Source: Deltaproteobacteria bacterium (GTDB taxonomy: Bacteria; SAR324; JACQKK01). Taken from it: a stretch of 64,000 nucleotides of DNA. Shown here piece after piece: positions 18,684 through 27,522 of the stretch. The DNA lies in the NCBI GenBank assembly GCA_029858505.1, contig JAOUEW010000008.1, positions 9,939-73,938 on the forward strand, written 5' to 3'. Positions within the stretch are counted from its first letter, which is position 1, and each line of letters starts with the position of its first letter. The notes beneath the pieces are model-generated. The model did no database searches. It was not told the origin of the DNA and saw only the letters and a list, made by a program, of their open reading frames with translations. A program made the translations under genes and the position numbers.

Positions 18684-19264
18684 AACGGGAACCGATCCAA
18701 GGACAGGCCGGGAAAATCTTGCTGGGGGGGCTGCTGGGATTGGGGCTGGCCATCGCCACGGCTTGGCTGTCGGCCTGGCCCGTGCAAATGGGCGACGACA
18801 CGCCCCGCCTGCGGGTGGCCTTCCGGTCGGCCCACCGCCAAACCCGGCTGTGCCGCCCCCCCACCACGGCGGAACTGGCCGGGGTGCCCGCCCACATGCG
18901 GCGGAAGGAACTCTGCCAAGCCTGGGAAATTCCCTATCGGCTGCGGATAGCGGTGGATGAACAGACCCTGGCCGATCATGAATTGAAGGGCGGCGGCATG
19001 CGGGGCGACCGGCCGGTATTTGTGGAGGAGGAATTCCCCCTGGTGCCGGGGGTGCACCGGGTGGCGGTGGCGTTTACCCCCCAGCCCCCAGAGCTTCCCG
19101 CCGAGGCCGCCGGGTGGCGCCCCGCGGACCGGGAACGATTTGTGGCGGAAGGCCGCCAAGCCCCCGCCTGGACAATCCACCGGCCGATCACCTTTACGCC
19201 AGGGCGGGTGGTGATGCTGTCGCTGGGCCAGCCCAGTGAATTTATTGTCACCGGCGAACAGTAA
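18680..19264 (+). CDS. Membrane-anchored hypothetical protein coupled to the cytochrome b fusion
   Basis: GTGA overlap with the upstream stop; one N-terminal TM; two Cys (LCRPP, ELCQA). Confidence 0.7.
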   Translation: MKREPIQGQAGKILLGGLLGLGLAIATAWLSAWPVQMGDDTPRLRVAFRSAHRQTRLCRPPTTAELAGVPAHMRRKELCQAWEIPYRLRIAVDEQTLADHELKGGGMRGDRPVFVEEEFPLVPGVHRVAVAFTPQPPELPAEAAGWRPADRERFVAEGRQAPAWTIHRPITFTPGRVVMLSLGQPSEFIVTGEQ

Positions 19265-19396
19265 TTTGGATTGCCGCCTGAAAGGCGGCGGGGAGGGGTA
19301 TTTCAAAGAGAGATCATACGGCAGCATGAATGGAGCCTGAACAAACAAAACCATGGTTTCACCCATGATCTGGGACAACCCCCAGAAAGAAAATAG

Positions 19397-19475
19397 GAGA
19401 CATCTGCATAACCAGGGTTTTTGCCGTGAAAAGGGGGAATGGGAGATGGGAAAAAATAGGTTATGCAGAGGTCTC
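19397..19475. mobile_element. 79-bp MITE-like element with 17-bp terminal inverted repeats
   Basis: gagacatctgcataacc (19397-19413) and ggttatgcagaggtctc (19459-19475) match at 16/17. Confidence 0.65.
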
Positions 19476-19605
19476 TATATGAGAACGAGGAGAAAATAAA
19501 TTGAAACGGGTTGAACACCCACGGAACGAACCGGAACAGGGTTCCCCGGATCGTCCGCCATGAACTGGAACCCCGCCATCAGCCACGCTGAGAAAGGAAC
19601 GTGTT

Positions 19606-19770
19606 ATGGCCAATAAATCCAACCCATCTGGAGGGCAGCCCCCCCTGGGCCAGCGGTTGTTCGACAGCCCCTTCCTGCTGCTGGCCGCGGGCCTGGTCAT
19701 CATGCTGGTGTTCTATACCGCCTGGGGAATCATCGAATTGGTCACCATGCCCCAGGCCTTGCTCCCCTAA
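19606..19770 (+). CDS. 54-aa single-TM peptide, probable small subunit of the heme-copper enzyme (absent from ORF track)
   Basis: aaagga RBS; MANKSNPSGGQPPLGQRLFDSPFLLLAAGLVIMLVFYTAWGIIELVTMPQALLP*; ends 24 bp before subunit II. Confidence 0.75.
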   Translation: MANKSNPSGGQPPLGQRLFDSPFLLLAAGLVIMLVFYTAWGIIELVTMPQALLP

Positions 19771-19794
19771 CCCCTTATCCATCAGGAGAACCCC

Positions 19795-20370
19795 ATGCAC
19801 AGTGGAATCGTCTCTCCCCAGGGCGTTTGGTGGAAACCCGCGGCCAAGCCGGAACGGCGGTGGGTTCTCATCTCTCTCGTCTGGTGTTTAATTCTGTTCG
19901 CCATGATGCCCCTGTGGCACTGGAAAGGCGGCCAAAACCCTTCCGGCATCCGGGGGCGCGTGGATCCCGCGGTGTTTAGCGAGCGGGTCGAGCGCTTCAA
20001 CAAACAGTATCAGGTGGGCGAAGACAACGGCATTCCGGTGGTGCAACCGCCGCCGGGCAGCCATGCCTACTTGATGGGAAGCCAGTTCCAGTGGAGCAGC
20101 GTGCTCAAACTGGAAAAAGGCGCCAAGTACATCCTGCATTTGTCTTCTCAAGACGTGAACCACGGCTTCAGCCTGTACCCGGTGAACCTGAACTTTCAGG
20201 TGGTGCCGGGCTACGATTATGGGTTGGAGATTGTGCCGAACCAAGCGGGAGAATACCGCATCGTTTGCAACGAGTTCTGCGGCATTGGCCATCACACCAT
20301 GATTGGCAAGGTGATTGTGGTGGAACCCGGCCAAGGACATGAACCCCAACCGAAAGGAGGCGCGAAATGA
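19795..20370 (+). CDS. Heme-copper oxidoreductase subunit II (CuA)
   Basis: One TM; DVNHGF and CNEFCGIGHHTM CuA motif; aggag RBS. Confidence 0.92.
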   Translation: MHSGIVSPQGVWWKPAAKPERRWVLISLVWCLILFAMMPLWHWKGGQNPSGIRGRVDPAVFSERVERFNKQYQVGEDNGIPVVQPPPGSHAYLMGSQFQWSSVLKLEKGAKYILHLSSQDVNHGFSLYPVNLNFQVVPGYDYGLEIVPNQAGEYRIVCNEFCGIGHHTMIGKVIVVEPGQGHEPQPKGGAK

Positions 20371-22082
20371 GCAGCCCAACCCAATTTCGCACCTGCGGGG
20401 TCACCGGTCTGAAGGTGGACCGCAACGCGGAGAACCTGCTGAAGATCAACGCGGTGGTGGCGGTGGTGATGTTCACCATCGGGGTGGTGGCGGCCCTGAT
20501 GATTGTGCTGACCCGTTGGCAGGCCGTGCATTTGCTGCCCGCCGATTGGTATTACCGCCTGTTAACGGCCCATGGGCTGAACATGCTGATCTTCTTTATT
20601 ATCTTTTTTGAAATGGCCATTTTGTATTTTGCTGGACCCATTCTGCTGAACGCCCGGCTGCCAGCGCCCAAGGTGGGGTGGCTGGCCTTTGGGCTGATGG
20701 TGGCGGGGGCTGGCTTGGTGGAATGGATGGTGTTCGCCGGCCGGGCCGATGTCACCTTTACCTCCTACCCGCCCCTGCGGGCCGACCCCCTTTACTACCT
20801 GGGGATCATCCTGTTCGCCGTGGGCGCGCTGGTGGTGGTGATGTTGTTCTTCGCCACGCTGGTGGTGGCCAAAAGGGAAAAAACCTACCAGGGATCGGTT
20901 CCCCTGGTGACCTTCGGGGCCATTGCCGCGGCCATCATCGCGGTGATCACCCTGCTGCACGGGGCCATGGTGTTCATCCCCACCTTACTGTGGTCCATGG
21001 GGCTGATCCCCATGGATGCCGAATTCTACCGGCTGGTCTTCTGGGGCCTGGGTCACTCTTCCCAGCAGATCAACGTGGCGGCCATGGTGGCCATTTGGTA
21101 CTTCTTGGCGGCCATGACCATGGGCGGCGTGGTGCTGAACGAAAAAATCAGCCGCATCGCCTTTGTGTTCTATGTGCTGTTTATCTCCATGGCTTCGGCC
21201 CACCACCTGCTGGTGGACCCCGGGTTTTCACCGGCGTGGAAGGTGTGGAACACCAGCTACTTTATGTACATGGCGGTGCTGGCCAGCATGATTCACGGCT
21301 TCACCGTTCCGGCTGGGATGGAACTGGGGATGCGCCTGCGGGGCTTTAACAAAGGCCGCTTTGAATGGCTAACCCGGGCCCCTTGGGGCGATCCTGGTTT
21401 TTCGGGGATGATCCTGTCGTTGTTCATCTTCGGCTTTCTGGGCGGCATCACCGGGGTGGCCATCGGCACCGAGCAAATCAACATTATTGCCCACAACACC
21501 ATGCGGATTCCGGGGCACTTCCACGCCACGGTGGTGGGGGGCACGGCTTTGGCGTTCATGGCCGTCACCTACTACGTCATTCCCCTCATCTTCCGCAAGG
21601 AAGTGGCCCTGTGGCCCTTGGCCAAGATTCAGCCCTACCTGTTCGGGGGTGGAATCACCATCATGTCGGTGGGCATGATTCTGCAAGGCTTCTTTGGGGT
21701 GCCCCGCCGCCATTGGGACATCTCCGGAGCCGACAGCCCCTTCCCCGCCAGCTACCCGCCGGTGGTGGATGTGCTGCAAGCGGTCATGGCCTTGGGCGGC
21801 GTCATCGCCTTTTTGGGCGGCCTGATTTTCGTTTTGGTTGCCGTGCTGTCGGTGTTCTTTGGCAAGCCCTTGACGGACCAGGCCGTGAAAAACGGCACGG
21901 CCAAGGTGCCCCAGGGGGTGCTGCGGCTGCCGCCTCAAGCGCACGATGAAGCCAAAGCCTTGAAGGCCCACGAGGAAGGAACCCCCGGAACGGTCATTCT
22001 GGTCACGGTGTTCTTCCTGTGTTTCGTGCTGTATTACCTGACCAACTGGCAAACCCTGTCGAAACTGTGGCAGGTGGGTTAA
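20367..22082 (+). CDS. B-type heme-copper subunit I lacking the cross-link Tyr; probable eNOR-type nitric oxide reductase
   Basis: Six His ligands (TAHG, GHSSQQ, AHH, GHFH); H230+4 is Gln rather than Tyr; ATGA overlap with subunit II. Confidence 0.85.
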   Translation: MSSPTQFRTCGVTGLKVDRNAENLLKINAVVAVVMFTIGVVAALMIVLTRWQAVHLLPADWYYRLLTAHGLNMLIFFIIFFEMAILYFAGPILLNARLPAPKVGWLAFGLMVAGAGLVEWMVFAGRADVTFTSYPPLRADPLYYLGIILFAVGALVVVMLFFATLVVAKREKTYQGSVPLVTFGAIAAAIIAVITLLHGAMVFIPTLLWSMGLIPMDAEFYRLVFWGLGHSSQQINVAAMVAIWYFLAAMTMGGVVLNEKISRIAFVFYVLFISMASAHHLLVDPGFSPAWKVWNTSYFMYMAVLASMIHGFTVPAGMELGMRLRGFNKGRFEWLTRAPWGDPGFSGMILSLFIFGFLGGITGVAIGTEQINIIAHNTMRIPGHFHATVVGGTALAFMAVTYYVIPLIFRKEVALWPLAKIQPYLFGGGITIMSVGMILQGFFGVPRRHWDISGADSPFPASYPPVVDVLQAVMALGGVIAFLGGLIFVLVAVLSVFFGKPLTDQAVKNGTAKVPQGVLRLPPQAHDEAKALKAHEEGTPGTVILVTVFFLCFVLYYLTNWQTLSKLWQVG

Positions 22083-22112
22083 CCCATCGCTTTCTTTTCT
22101 TGCTTTCTTTTT

Positions 22113-22151
22113 CCGCCGGAGGGCCTTGCCAGCCCCCGGCGGTTTTTTTTT
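22113..22151 (+). terminator. Rho-independent terminator after subunit I
   Basis: ccgccggagggc-loop-gcccccggcgg hairpin followed by T9. Confidence 0.8.
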
Positions 22152-22182
22152 GTAGGCCCCTGGGGTAGATTGAAAGGCAAGA

Positions 22183-23217
22183 TTGCTTCACCCCATCGAG
22201 ATTCCTTTTCTCTTTTTCCGGAGCCGCCCCTTGACTCGTTCTCTGCCCCCGTTGTGGTTTTACCTGTTGGTAATGGCCTTGTTCGCGGCGCTGGCCAGCC
22301 CCGCCCAGGCGGCCCCCACCGGCAGCGTGACCGGACGGCTGACCGGTGACGCCGACCAGGGCTCCATGGCCGGCAAAACCGTGGTGCTGCTGCAAATGCG
22401 CATTGGCCCCCAGGGTCAACCCCAGCCGGTGGGCCCCCCAGACCGCACACAAACCGGCCCCGACGGCGGTTTTGTGTTTGAGAACGTGCAGATTCAGGTA
22501 GGCACGGTGTTTCAGGTGGGCAGCCGCACCCGGGGCGGAGAACTCACCGCCACCCGCCCCTTTACCTTTCCTCCTCGCGGGGGGCGGATCACCATGAACC
22601 TGCATTTGGCCGAGCGCAAAGCACCGGTGGATGCCGAAAGCCCGCCGGTGTGGTTTCAACGGGTGATCGTGGCGGTGGAAGCCAGGAGCGGCCAGGCCGC
22701 CGTGACCGAAGTCATTCACCTGGTGAACAACACGGGCAAACTGGCCTTTGGGCCGGAACATCCCCTGCGGATTCCCATTGCCCCCGGCACCGACACCCTG
22801 GAACCGGCCGAAGGTTTGGATGAGAGCAACTTGAGAAAAGAGGGCCAAGAAGCCGTCATCACCCGCTATATGCCCGCGGGGCGGACGGTGATGATTTTTG
22901 CCTACATCACCAACACCCCCCTGGGCTCTCTCAACTTGGACCGCCGCTACCCCTACCCCGTAGAGGATTTCGCCATCTATTCCCCCGCCCAAGACAAACT
23001 GATCATTGACGGCACCGGGTTGCTGCCCAGGGCTCCGGAAAACATTCAAAATACCTTGTTTCAAGTGTGGGGCCGCGCCAATATTCTAGCCGACACCGAG
23101 ATCAGCGCCAGCGTGCAGGGGTTGCAGCCTAGCCAATGGATGTTCGGCTTGCCGGCCCTGCTGTTCTTGCTGGTCATGGGTGGGTTGGTGTTCCGCTACC
23201 TGCGGCAAACCAAGTAG
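22183..23217 (+). CDS. Exported protein with beta-sandwich domains and C-terminal TM anchor (start uncertain)
   Basis: Signal peptide ..ASPAQA; GSVTGRL..TGPDGGFVF carboxypeptidase-regulatory-like pattern; C-terminal hydrophobic helix followed by basic residues. Confidence 0.65.
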   Translation: MLHPIEIPFLFFRSRPLTRSLPPLWFYLLVMALFAALASPAQAAPTGSVTGRLTGDADQGSMAGKTVVLLQMRIGPQGQPQPVGPPDRTQTGPDGGFVFENVQIQVGTVFQVGSRTRGGELTATRPFTFPPRGGRITMNLHLAERKAPVDAESPPVWFQRVIVAVEARSGQAAVTEVIHLVNNTGKLAFGPEHPLRIPIAPGTDTLEPAEGLDESNLRKEGQEAVITRYMPAGRTVMIFAYITNTPLGSLNLDRRYPYPVEDFAIYSPAQDKLIIDGTGLLPRAPENIQNTLFQVWGRANILADTEISASVQGLQPSQWMFGLPALLFLLVMGGLVFRYLRQTK

Positions 23218-23235
23218 GGAATTCCAGCATCCCCC

Positions 23236-23339
23236 TCAACCGTTCCGTTGATTCCGCCGGACGGAAGCCATCCCGTCACTTATCGGCTTCAAACCATCCC
23301 CCCCTCCCTGATTGGGGAGGGGGCAGGGGGGAGAGGTGT
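23236..23339 (+). repeat. Degenerate copy of the structured repeat module plus REP-like hairpin
   Basis: tcaaccgttcc..ggacggaagc..cggcttc; ccctccctgattggggagggg is the reverse complement of 31282-31302. Confidence 0.65.
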
Positions 23340-23403
23340 TGATGGGGGGTGTTGTTGGGAGAGATGTGAAAAATAAAGGTTAAGCAAATGTCTCCGGGAA
23401 CGG

Positions 23404-24423
23404 TTACTCCACCCAGGTGATTTGACCCTTCAGGGCTTCCACGTTGGCCGGGCGGTATTCCGGATCGGCGGCCATTTTTTGTTTCACGCTCACGTGCAGG
23501 TTGGGGGAGCGGGCCGGGTTCAGGCGGCCGTCTTCCAGCACCCCAATTTCCCGAGGCTTTTGGGTCCAACCCGCGGGCAGCACCCGGTGGGGGTAAATAT
23601 CGGCGGCGGGGTTGGGGTGAATCTGTTGGAAAGCGTTGTCTTTAAAGGTCAGCCCCAGGGCCTGGGCTTTCTTCATCATATACGCCAGCGATAGGTCCGA
23701 CAGCCCCTCCTGGGGCACGCCCCCGCCCACGTCCTCGTGGCCGCCGGGGAACCACACTTCTTCCACCTTGTCTTGGCGGTTCATCTGGGTGGGGGTTAAA
23801 ATTTCCCGGTTCTCATCCACCGCCACCAGGTGCAGGGCCTGCTTAATGTTGGGGGCCACCGTGAGGTTTTTGAACAGGTTGATCTTTTGAAAGGGGCCGT
23901 TTGGAATGCCAAAGGCTGCCATGGTCTCCCAAACGCCCACCAATTCAATGTCCACCGGACGAAACCCGCCCCGGTTTTCAAAGGCCACCACCTCGCCCCG
24001 CATGTTTTTCACAATGCGAATGGCTTCGGGAATGCCCCGCTGATGAATTTTCTGGGCCAGCATCCGGGCGATGGCCGCCCCCCGGGAAAACCCAAACAGA
24101 AAAATGCGGTCGCCGGGGCGGTAGTTCGTCACCAACACCACATAGGCTTGGTCGCGCAGCAAGTCGGCGCTGGCGCCGTCTCCTCCCAGGGGGGGGCCGC
24201 CCACAGAGGCCTCGGCCGGGGCCCCAACCCCTGGAAAATAGCGGGCGAACTGCCGGGAAGAATCGGCCAGCAGGCCGTAGAGTTTCAACACGTTGCTGGC
24301 CGAGCCGTTGTTTTTTTCATCTCCGGCGGGCAGGTTCCAGGTGCCATCCACGCACAGAACAAAATTCCGCGGGGATTCCTGCATTTGCCCTAAGTTGGGG
24401 TAATAGGTGTACTCGTGGCGCAT
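23404..24423 (-). CDS. DUF2235 (Tle1-like) alpha/beta hydrolase
   Basis: LCVDGTWN, SNVLKL, FGFSRGAAIAR, GVWET, DENR, WFPGGHEDVGGG. Confidence 0.88.
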   Translation of the reverse strand: MRHEYTYYPNLGQMQESPRNFVLCVDGTWNLPAGDEKNNGSASNVLKLYGLLADSSRQFARYFPGVGAPAEASVGGPPLGGDGASADLLRDQAYVVLVTNYRPGDRIFLFGFSRGAAIARMLAQKIHQRGIPEAIRIVKNMRGEVVAFENRGGFRPVDIELVGVWETMAAFGIPNGPFQKINLFKNLTVAPNIKQALHLVAVDENREILTPTQMNRQDKVEEVWFPGGHEDVGGGVPQEGLSDLSLAYMMKKAQALGLTFKDNAFQQIHPNPAADIYPHRVLPAGWTQKPREIGVLEDGRLNPARSPNLHVSVKQKMAADPEYRPANVEALKGQITWVE

Positions 24424-24486
24424 GGTGTGGGTAGGAATAAGGGTGTAAGCCAAGGAAAGAGTGTGGGCGGAATATAACGCAGCCTA

Positions 24487-25839
24487 TTATCCTCCAATTC
24501 CCTTCCCGCTGACAAATGCCTGAAGGAACGCCGCCTTGGTCTGGGTTTCCCGGTATTCCTCCTGGGGGTCGGACAACAACGTGATGCCCGCCCCCACCGG
24601 CAGTTGAAACCGCCACCTGGGGGGGGTGCTTAGCCCGGAAAACTGGGGAGTGGAATTTTCTGGTATGAGGGTCAAAGTGCGGATGGCCAGGTTGAACACC
24701 GCCCCCCCGCCGGGCAAAAAACACCCCACCGCTCCGGTATAGGCCTCCCGGGGGTGCGCCTCCAGCCGAGCAATCCTTTCTACCGCCGCCCCCTTGGGGC
24801 AGCCCGTGACCGAGCCCCCTGGCAGCAGGGCCAGCAGGGCCCGTGCTGGCCCAATGCCCGCCGCCAGCCGCCCGGTCACCCGGGTAGAGGCATGCCACAG
24901 GGTGGGCAGGGGCCGCACCTGGCGGGGCTGCACCGCCACGCTGCCGGTTTGGCAAACCCGCCCCAGGTCGTTGCGCAGCAAATCGGTGACCATGTTTAGT
25001 TCGGCCTGTTCCTTGGGGCTGTGTTCCAGCGCTTGGGCCAATTGCTGGTCTTCCTCTGGGGTGGCGCCACGGGGGCGGGTGCCCTTGATGGGGGTGGTGC
25101 TAACCGTTTGCTGTTCCACCGAGAGAAAGTGTTCTGGAGAAAGAGAGAGCACCTGAAACCGCCCCCCCTCCCGCCGGGGGCCCTCCAGGTAAGCGCAATA
25201 CCCGCCGGGCCGCTCCGCCGCCAGCCAGGCGAACAGCGGGCGGGGGGCGGTGTCGCTCCACCCCGAAATCCAGCGGGCCAAGTTGACCTGGTAGACTTCC
25301 CCGTCCCGAATCTGCTCTTGAATCCAGCGAATTTGTTGTGGGTAGTCTTCCTCTGGGGGCGGCGGGTGCGGGTGCAGCCGTGGCGGAAGAGACGCCCCAG
25401 GGGGCAGGGATAGAATCCGGATGAGAGCGGACATCTCTTCGTCAGAAGCCGCCGCGCCCTGCCATTGGGGCTGCCCTTCGTTCCATTCCAGCCAACTGGG
25501 GAAGGCCATCAGGTGCACCCAGGGCAGCCCGTTGCCGGGGGCTTGATGTTCTGCCAAGCCATGTTTTCCAAAACTGTGGCATCCCCCCTCGTACGACACC
25601 ATTCCCCCCACCAGCCGCCCCAAGCCCGTGTGGTGCTCCACAAACCGCACCATCTCTTCTGGGTGAAACTCCCCGGCAAACCGGGTAAACCGTTCCACTG
25701 GGTTCCAGGCCAGGCGGGGGGTCCAGGCGTCCTCCCCAGCGCCCCACAACATCAGGGGGTCGGCCTGCGGCGGCAGGGCCGCCCACACCCGCCAGGGATC
25801 GGCGAACAAAGAGGGCAAAAAAGAGGAGGAGCGAGACAT
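24487..25839 (-). CDS. pabB: Aminodeoxychorismate synthase component I / chorismate-binding protein
   Basis: YQVNL, SPEHF, PIKGTRPR, ELNMVTDLLRNDLG, PGGSVTGCPK, NLAIRT. Confidence 0.8.
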   Translation of the reverse strand: MSRSSSFLPSLFADPWRVWAALPPQADPLMLWGAGEDAWTPRLAWNPVERFTRFAGEFHPEEMVRFVEHHTGLGRLVGGMVSYEGGCHSFGKHGLAEHQAPGNGLPWVHLMAFPSWLEWNEGQPQWQGAAASDEEMSALIRILSLPPGASLPPRLHPHPPPPEEDYPQQIRWIQEQIRDGEVYQVNLARWISGWSDTAPRPLFAWLAAERPGGYCAYLEGPRREGGRFQVLSLSPEHFLSVEQQTVSTTPIKGTRPRGATPEEDQQLAQALEHSPKEQAELNMVTDLLRNDLGRVCQTGSVAVQPRQVRPLPTLWHASTRVTGRLAAGIGPARALLALLPGGSVTGCPKGAAVERIARLEAHPREAYTGAVGCFLPGGGAVFNLAIRTLTLIPENSTPQFSGLSTPPRWRFQLPVGAGITLLSDPQEEYRETQTKAAFLQAFVSGKGIGG

Positions 25840-25877
25840 GGCAAACTTTCAGCCAAACGGCCTGGGAAACACGGGAA

Positions 25878-26405
25878 TCAGGGGGCGTCGATCAACCCCA
25901 GGGCAGCAAGCCCCTGGCGATAAGCATCGCGCTTGAAGGGCACCACTTCTTCCGGCGCTTGGGCCACGTACACCCAGCGGTAATCATCAAACTCTGGGGG
26001 GTGGTGCTGAAAATGAATGGCCGTGACGGGCACTTTCAGCCGTACTAAAAACCAATACTGAGATTGACCCGTGAAGCGGGCCAAGGCGGGCTTGCCCTCG
26101 GTCAACCGCCGCAGCACATCGGGGGGGTAAAGGTAGGGGATGGGCTGGGGGGTTTGCTTCACCACTTCCACTTCGTCGGTGCCAATCTCTTCTTTCAGTT
26201 CGCGCAGCAAGGCTTGCAGGGGGGTTTCGCCCGGGTCCATGCCCCCTTGAGGAAACTGCCAGCGATATTCTCCCAGGCCGTCTCCCACCCGGCGGAACAT
26301 CAGCACCTCGTTCCCGCCTTCGCTGGCCACCACGGCCAGCACCGCCGGGCGCAAATGGGGGTTGTCTGCCTGGAGAGTCACGGACTGGGGGGTTGGGTTA
26401 GTCAT
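25878..26405 (-). CDS. rppH: RNA pyrophosphohydrolase (Nudix)
   Basis: WQFPQGGMDPGETPLQALLRELKEEIG, GQSQYWF, PEFDDYRW, VVPFKRDAY. Confidence 0.88.
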   Translation of the reverse strand: MTNPTPQSVTLQADNPHLRPAVLAVVASEGGNEVLMFRRVGDGLGEYRWQFPQGGMDPGETPLQALLRELKEEIGTDEVEVVKQTPQPIPYLYPPDVLRRLTEGKPALARFTGQSQYWFLVRLKVPVTAIHFQHHPPEFDDYRWVYVAQAPEEVVPFKRDAYRQGLAALGLIDAP

Positions 26406-27522
26406 CGGGGTATCTGCTTTTAATGGCCACCACGTGGTCTATATTGCCCAAGAATTGTTCCACCAAGGTGGGGTCAAAATGGGTTCCCGCCATTTTACGC
26501 ATCATGCTCACCGCCTCGTACCACGAGAAAGCGTCTTTGTACACGCGGCGGTTGGTGAGAGCGTCGAACACATCGCATATGGCCGTGATGCGGGCCTCGA
26601 GGGGGATGTTTTCCCCCTTCAATCCTTTGGGATAGCCCGTGCCGTCCCATTTTTCGTGGTGGTGCAGGGCCACCATCGCGGCCATTTCCAACAGGGGCAC
26701 CTGGGACCCCCGCAAAATTTGATAGCCGATGTCCACGTGAGTTTTCATCAATTCATATTCCGCCGGGGTGAGTTTTTCCGGCTTGTGCAGCACGTCGTCG
26801 GGAATGCCGATTTTCCCAATGTCGTGCAGGGCGGAAGCGGGGCGGATCATCCGCTGGGACGGCTCGTCCATGCCAGCCAGTTCAGCCAAGTATTGAGAGT
26901 AATGACTCATCCGCTGCACGTGGCGGTGGGTTTCGTTGTCGCGGAATTCGGCCACCCGCATCAGGCGGTTCACGATTTCCTCCTGAGCATATACCAAGTT
27001 CTGCTGGGTGTTTTTCAGAGTCACCAGGGTGGTACGCAGGTCTTCCGTCCGTTCCTGAATATCCAGTTCCAGGTTCACGCGTGCTTGGCGCTGGGCCATT
27101 TCCAACTGCCTTCGGCGCAGGGCGTTCGTCACGTTGATGATGAGCTCGATGGTCTTGAAGGGTTTGATTAAGTACCCATAGGCCCCTAAGGCCAGCACCT
27201 TGTCCGAGTTTTCCCGCTGATCGGAGGCGGTGACCATGATGGTGGCCATGTCGGGGAAGACTTTCAGGGTGCGTTCAATCAGTTCCAGGCCGCTCAACCC
27301 CGGCATGTTGATGTCGCACAGCATCAAGTCAAACGTATGCTCGCTTAACTGGGCCAGGGCATCCAAGGCATTCACCGCCTCAACGGGGGCAAAGCCCTCC
27401 CGACGCAAAATATCGCAGATCATTTTGCGCACCAGCCGGTCGTCATCCACCACCAGTGTCCGCACCGATTGGGGCGGCGCCAAAGGCGCTTCGGCGGGGG
27501 GCTGGGGGTTCGGTGGTTCCAT
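26398..27522 (-). CDS. Response regulator with HD-GYP c-di-GMP phosphodiesterase domain (RpfG-like)
   Basis: VVDDD..LCDINMP receiver; LHDIGK, HHEKWDGTGYP, DVFDAL. Confidence 0.93.
   Translation of the reverse strand: MEPPNPQPPAEAPLAPPQSVRTLVVDDDRLVRKMICDILRREGFAPVEAVNALDALAQLSEHTFDLMLCDINMPGLSGLELIERTLKVFPDMATIMVTASDQRENSDKVLALGAYGYLIKPFKTIELIINVTNALRRRQLEMAQRQARVNLELDIQERTEDLRTTLVTLKNTQQNLVYAQEEIVNRLMRVAEFRDNETHRHVQRMSHYSQYLAELAGMDEPSQRMIRPASALHDIGKIGIPDDVLHKPEKLTPAEYELMKTHVDIGYQILRGSQVPLLEMAAMVALHHHEKWDGTGYPKGLKGENIPLEARITAICDVFDALTNRRVYKDAFSWYEAVSMMRKMAGTHFDPTLVEQFLGNIDHVVAIKSRYPDD

Noticed and set aside
20367..22082. Ordinary ba3/cbb3/aa3 oxygen reductase or cNOR/qNOR
   Set aside because: No HPxVY Tyr and no helix-VI Glu; the partner subunit is CuA-type rather than cytochrome c
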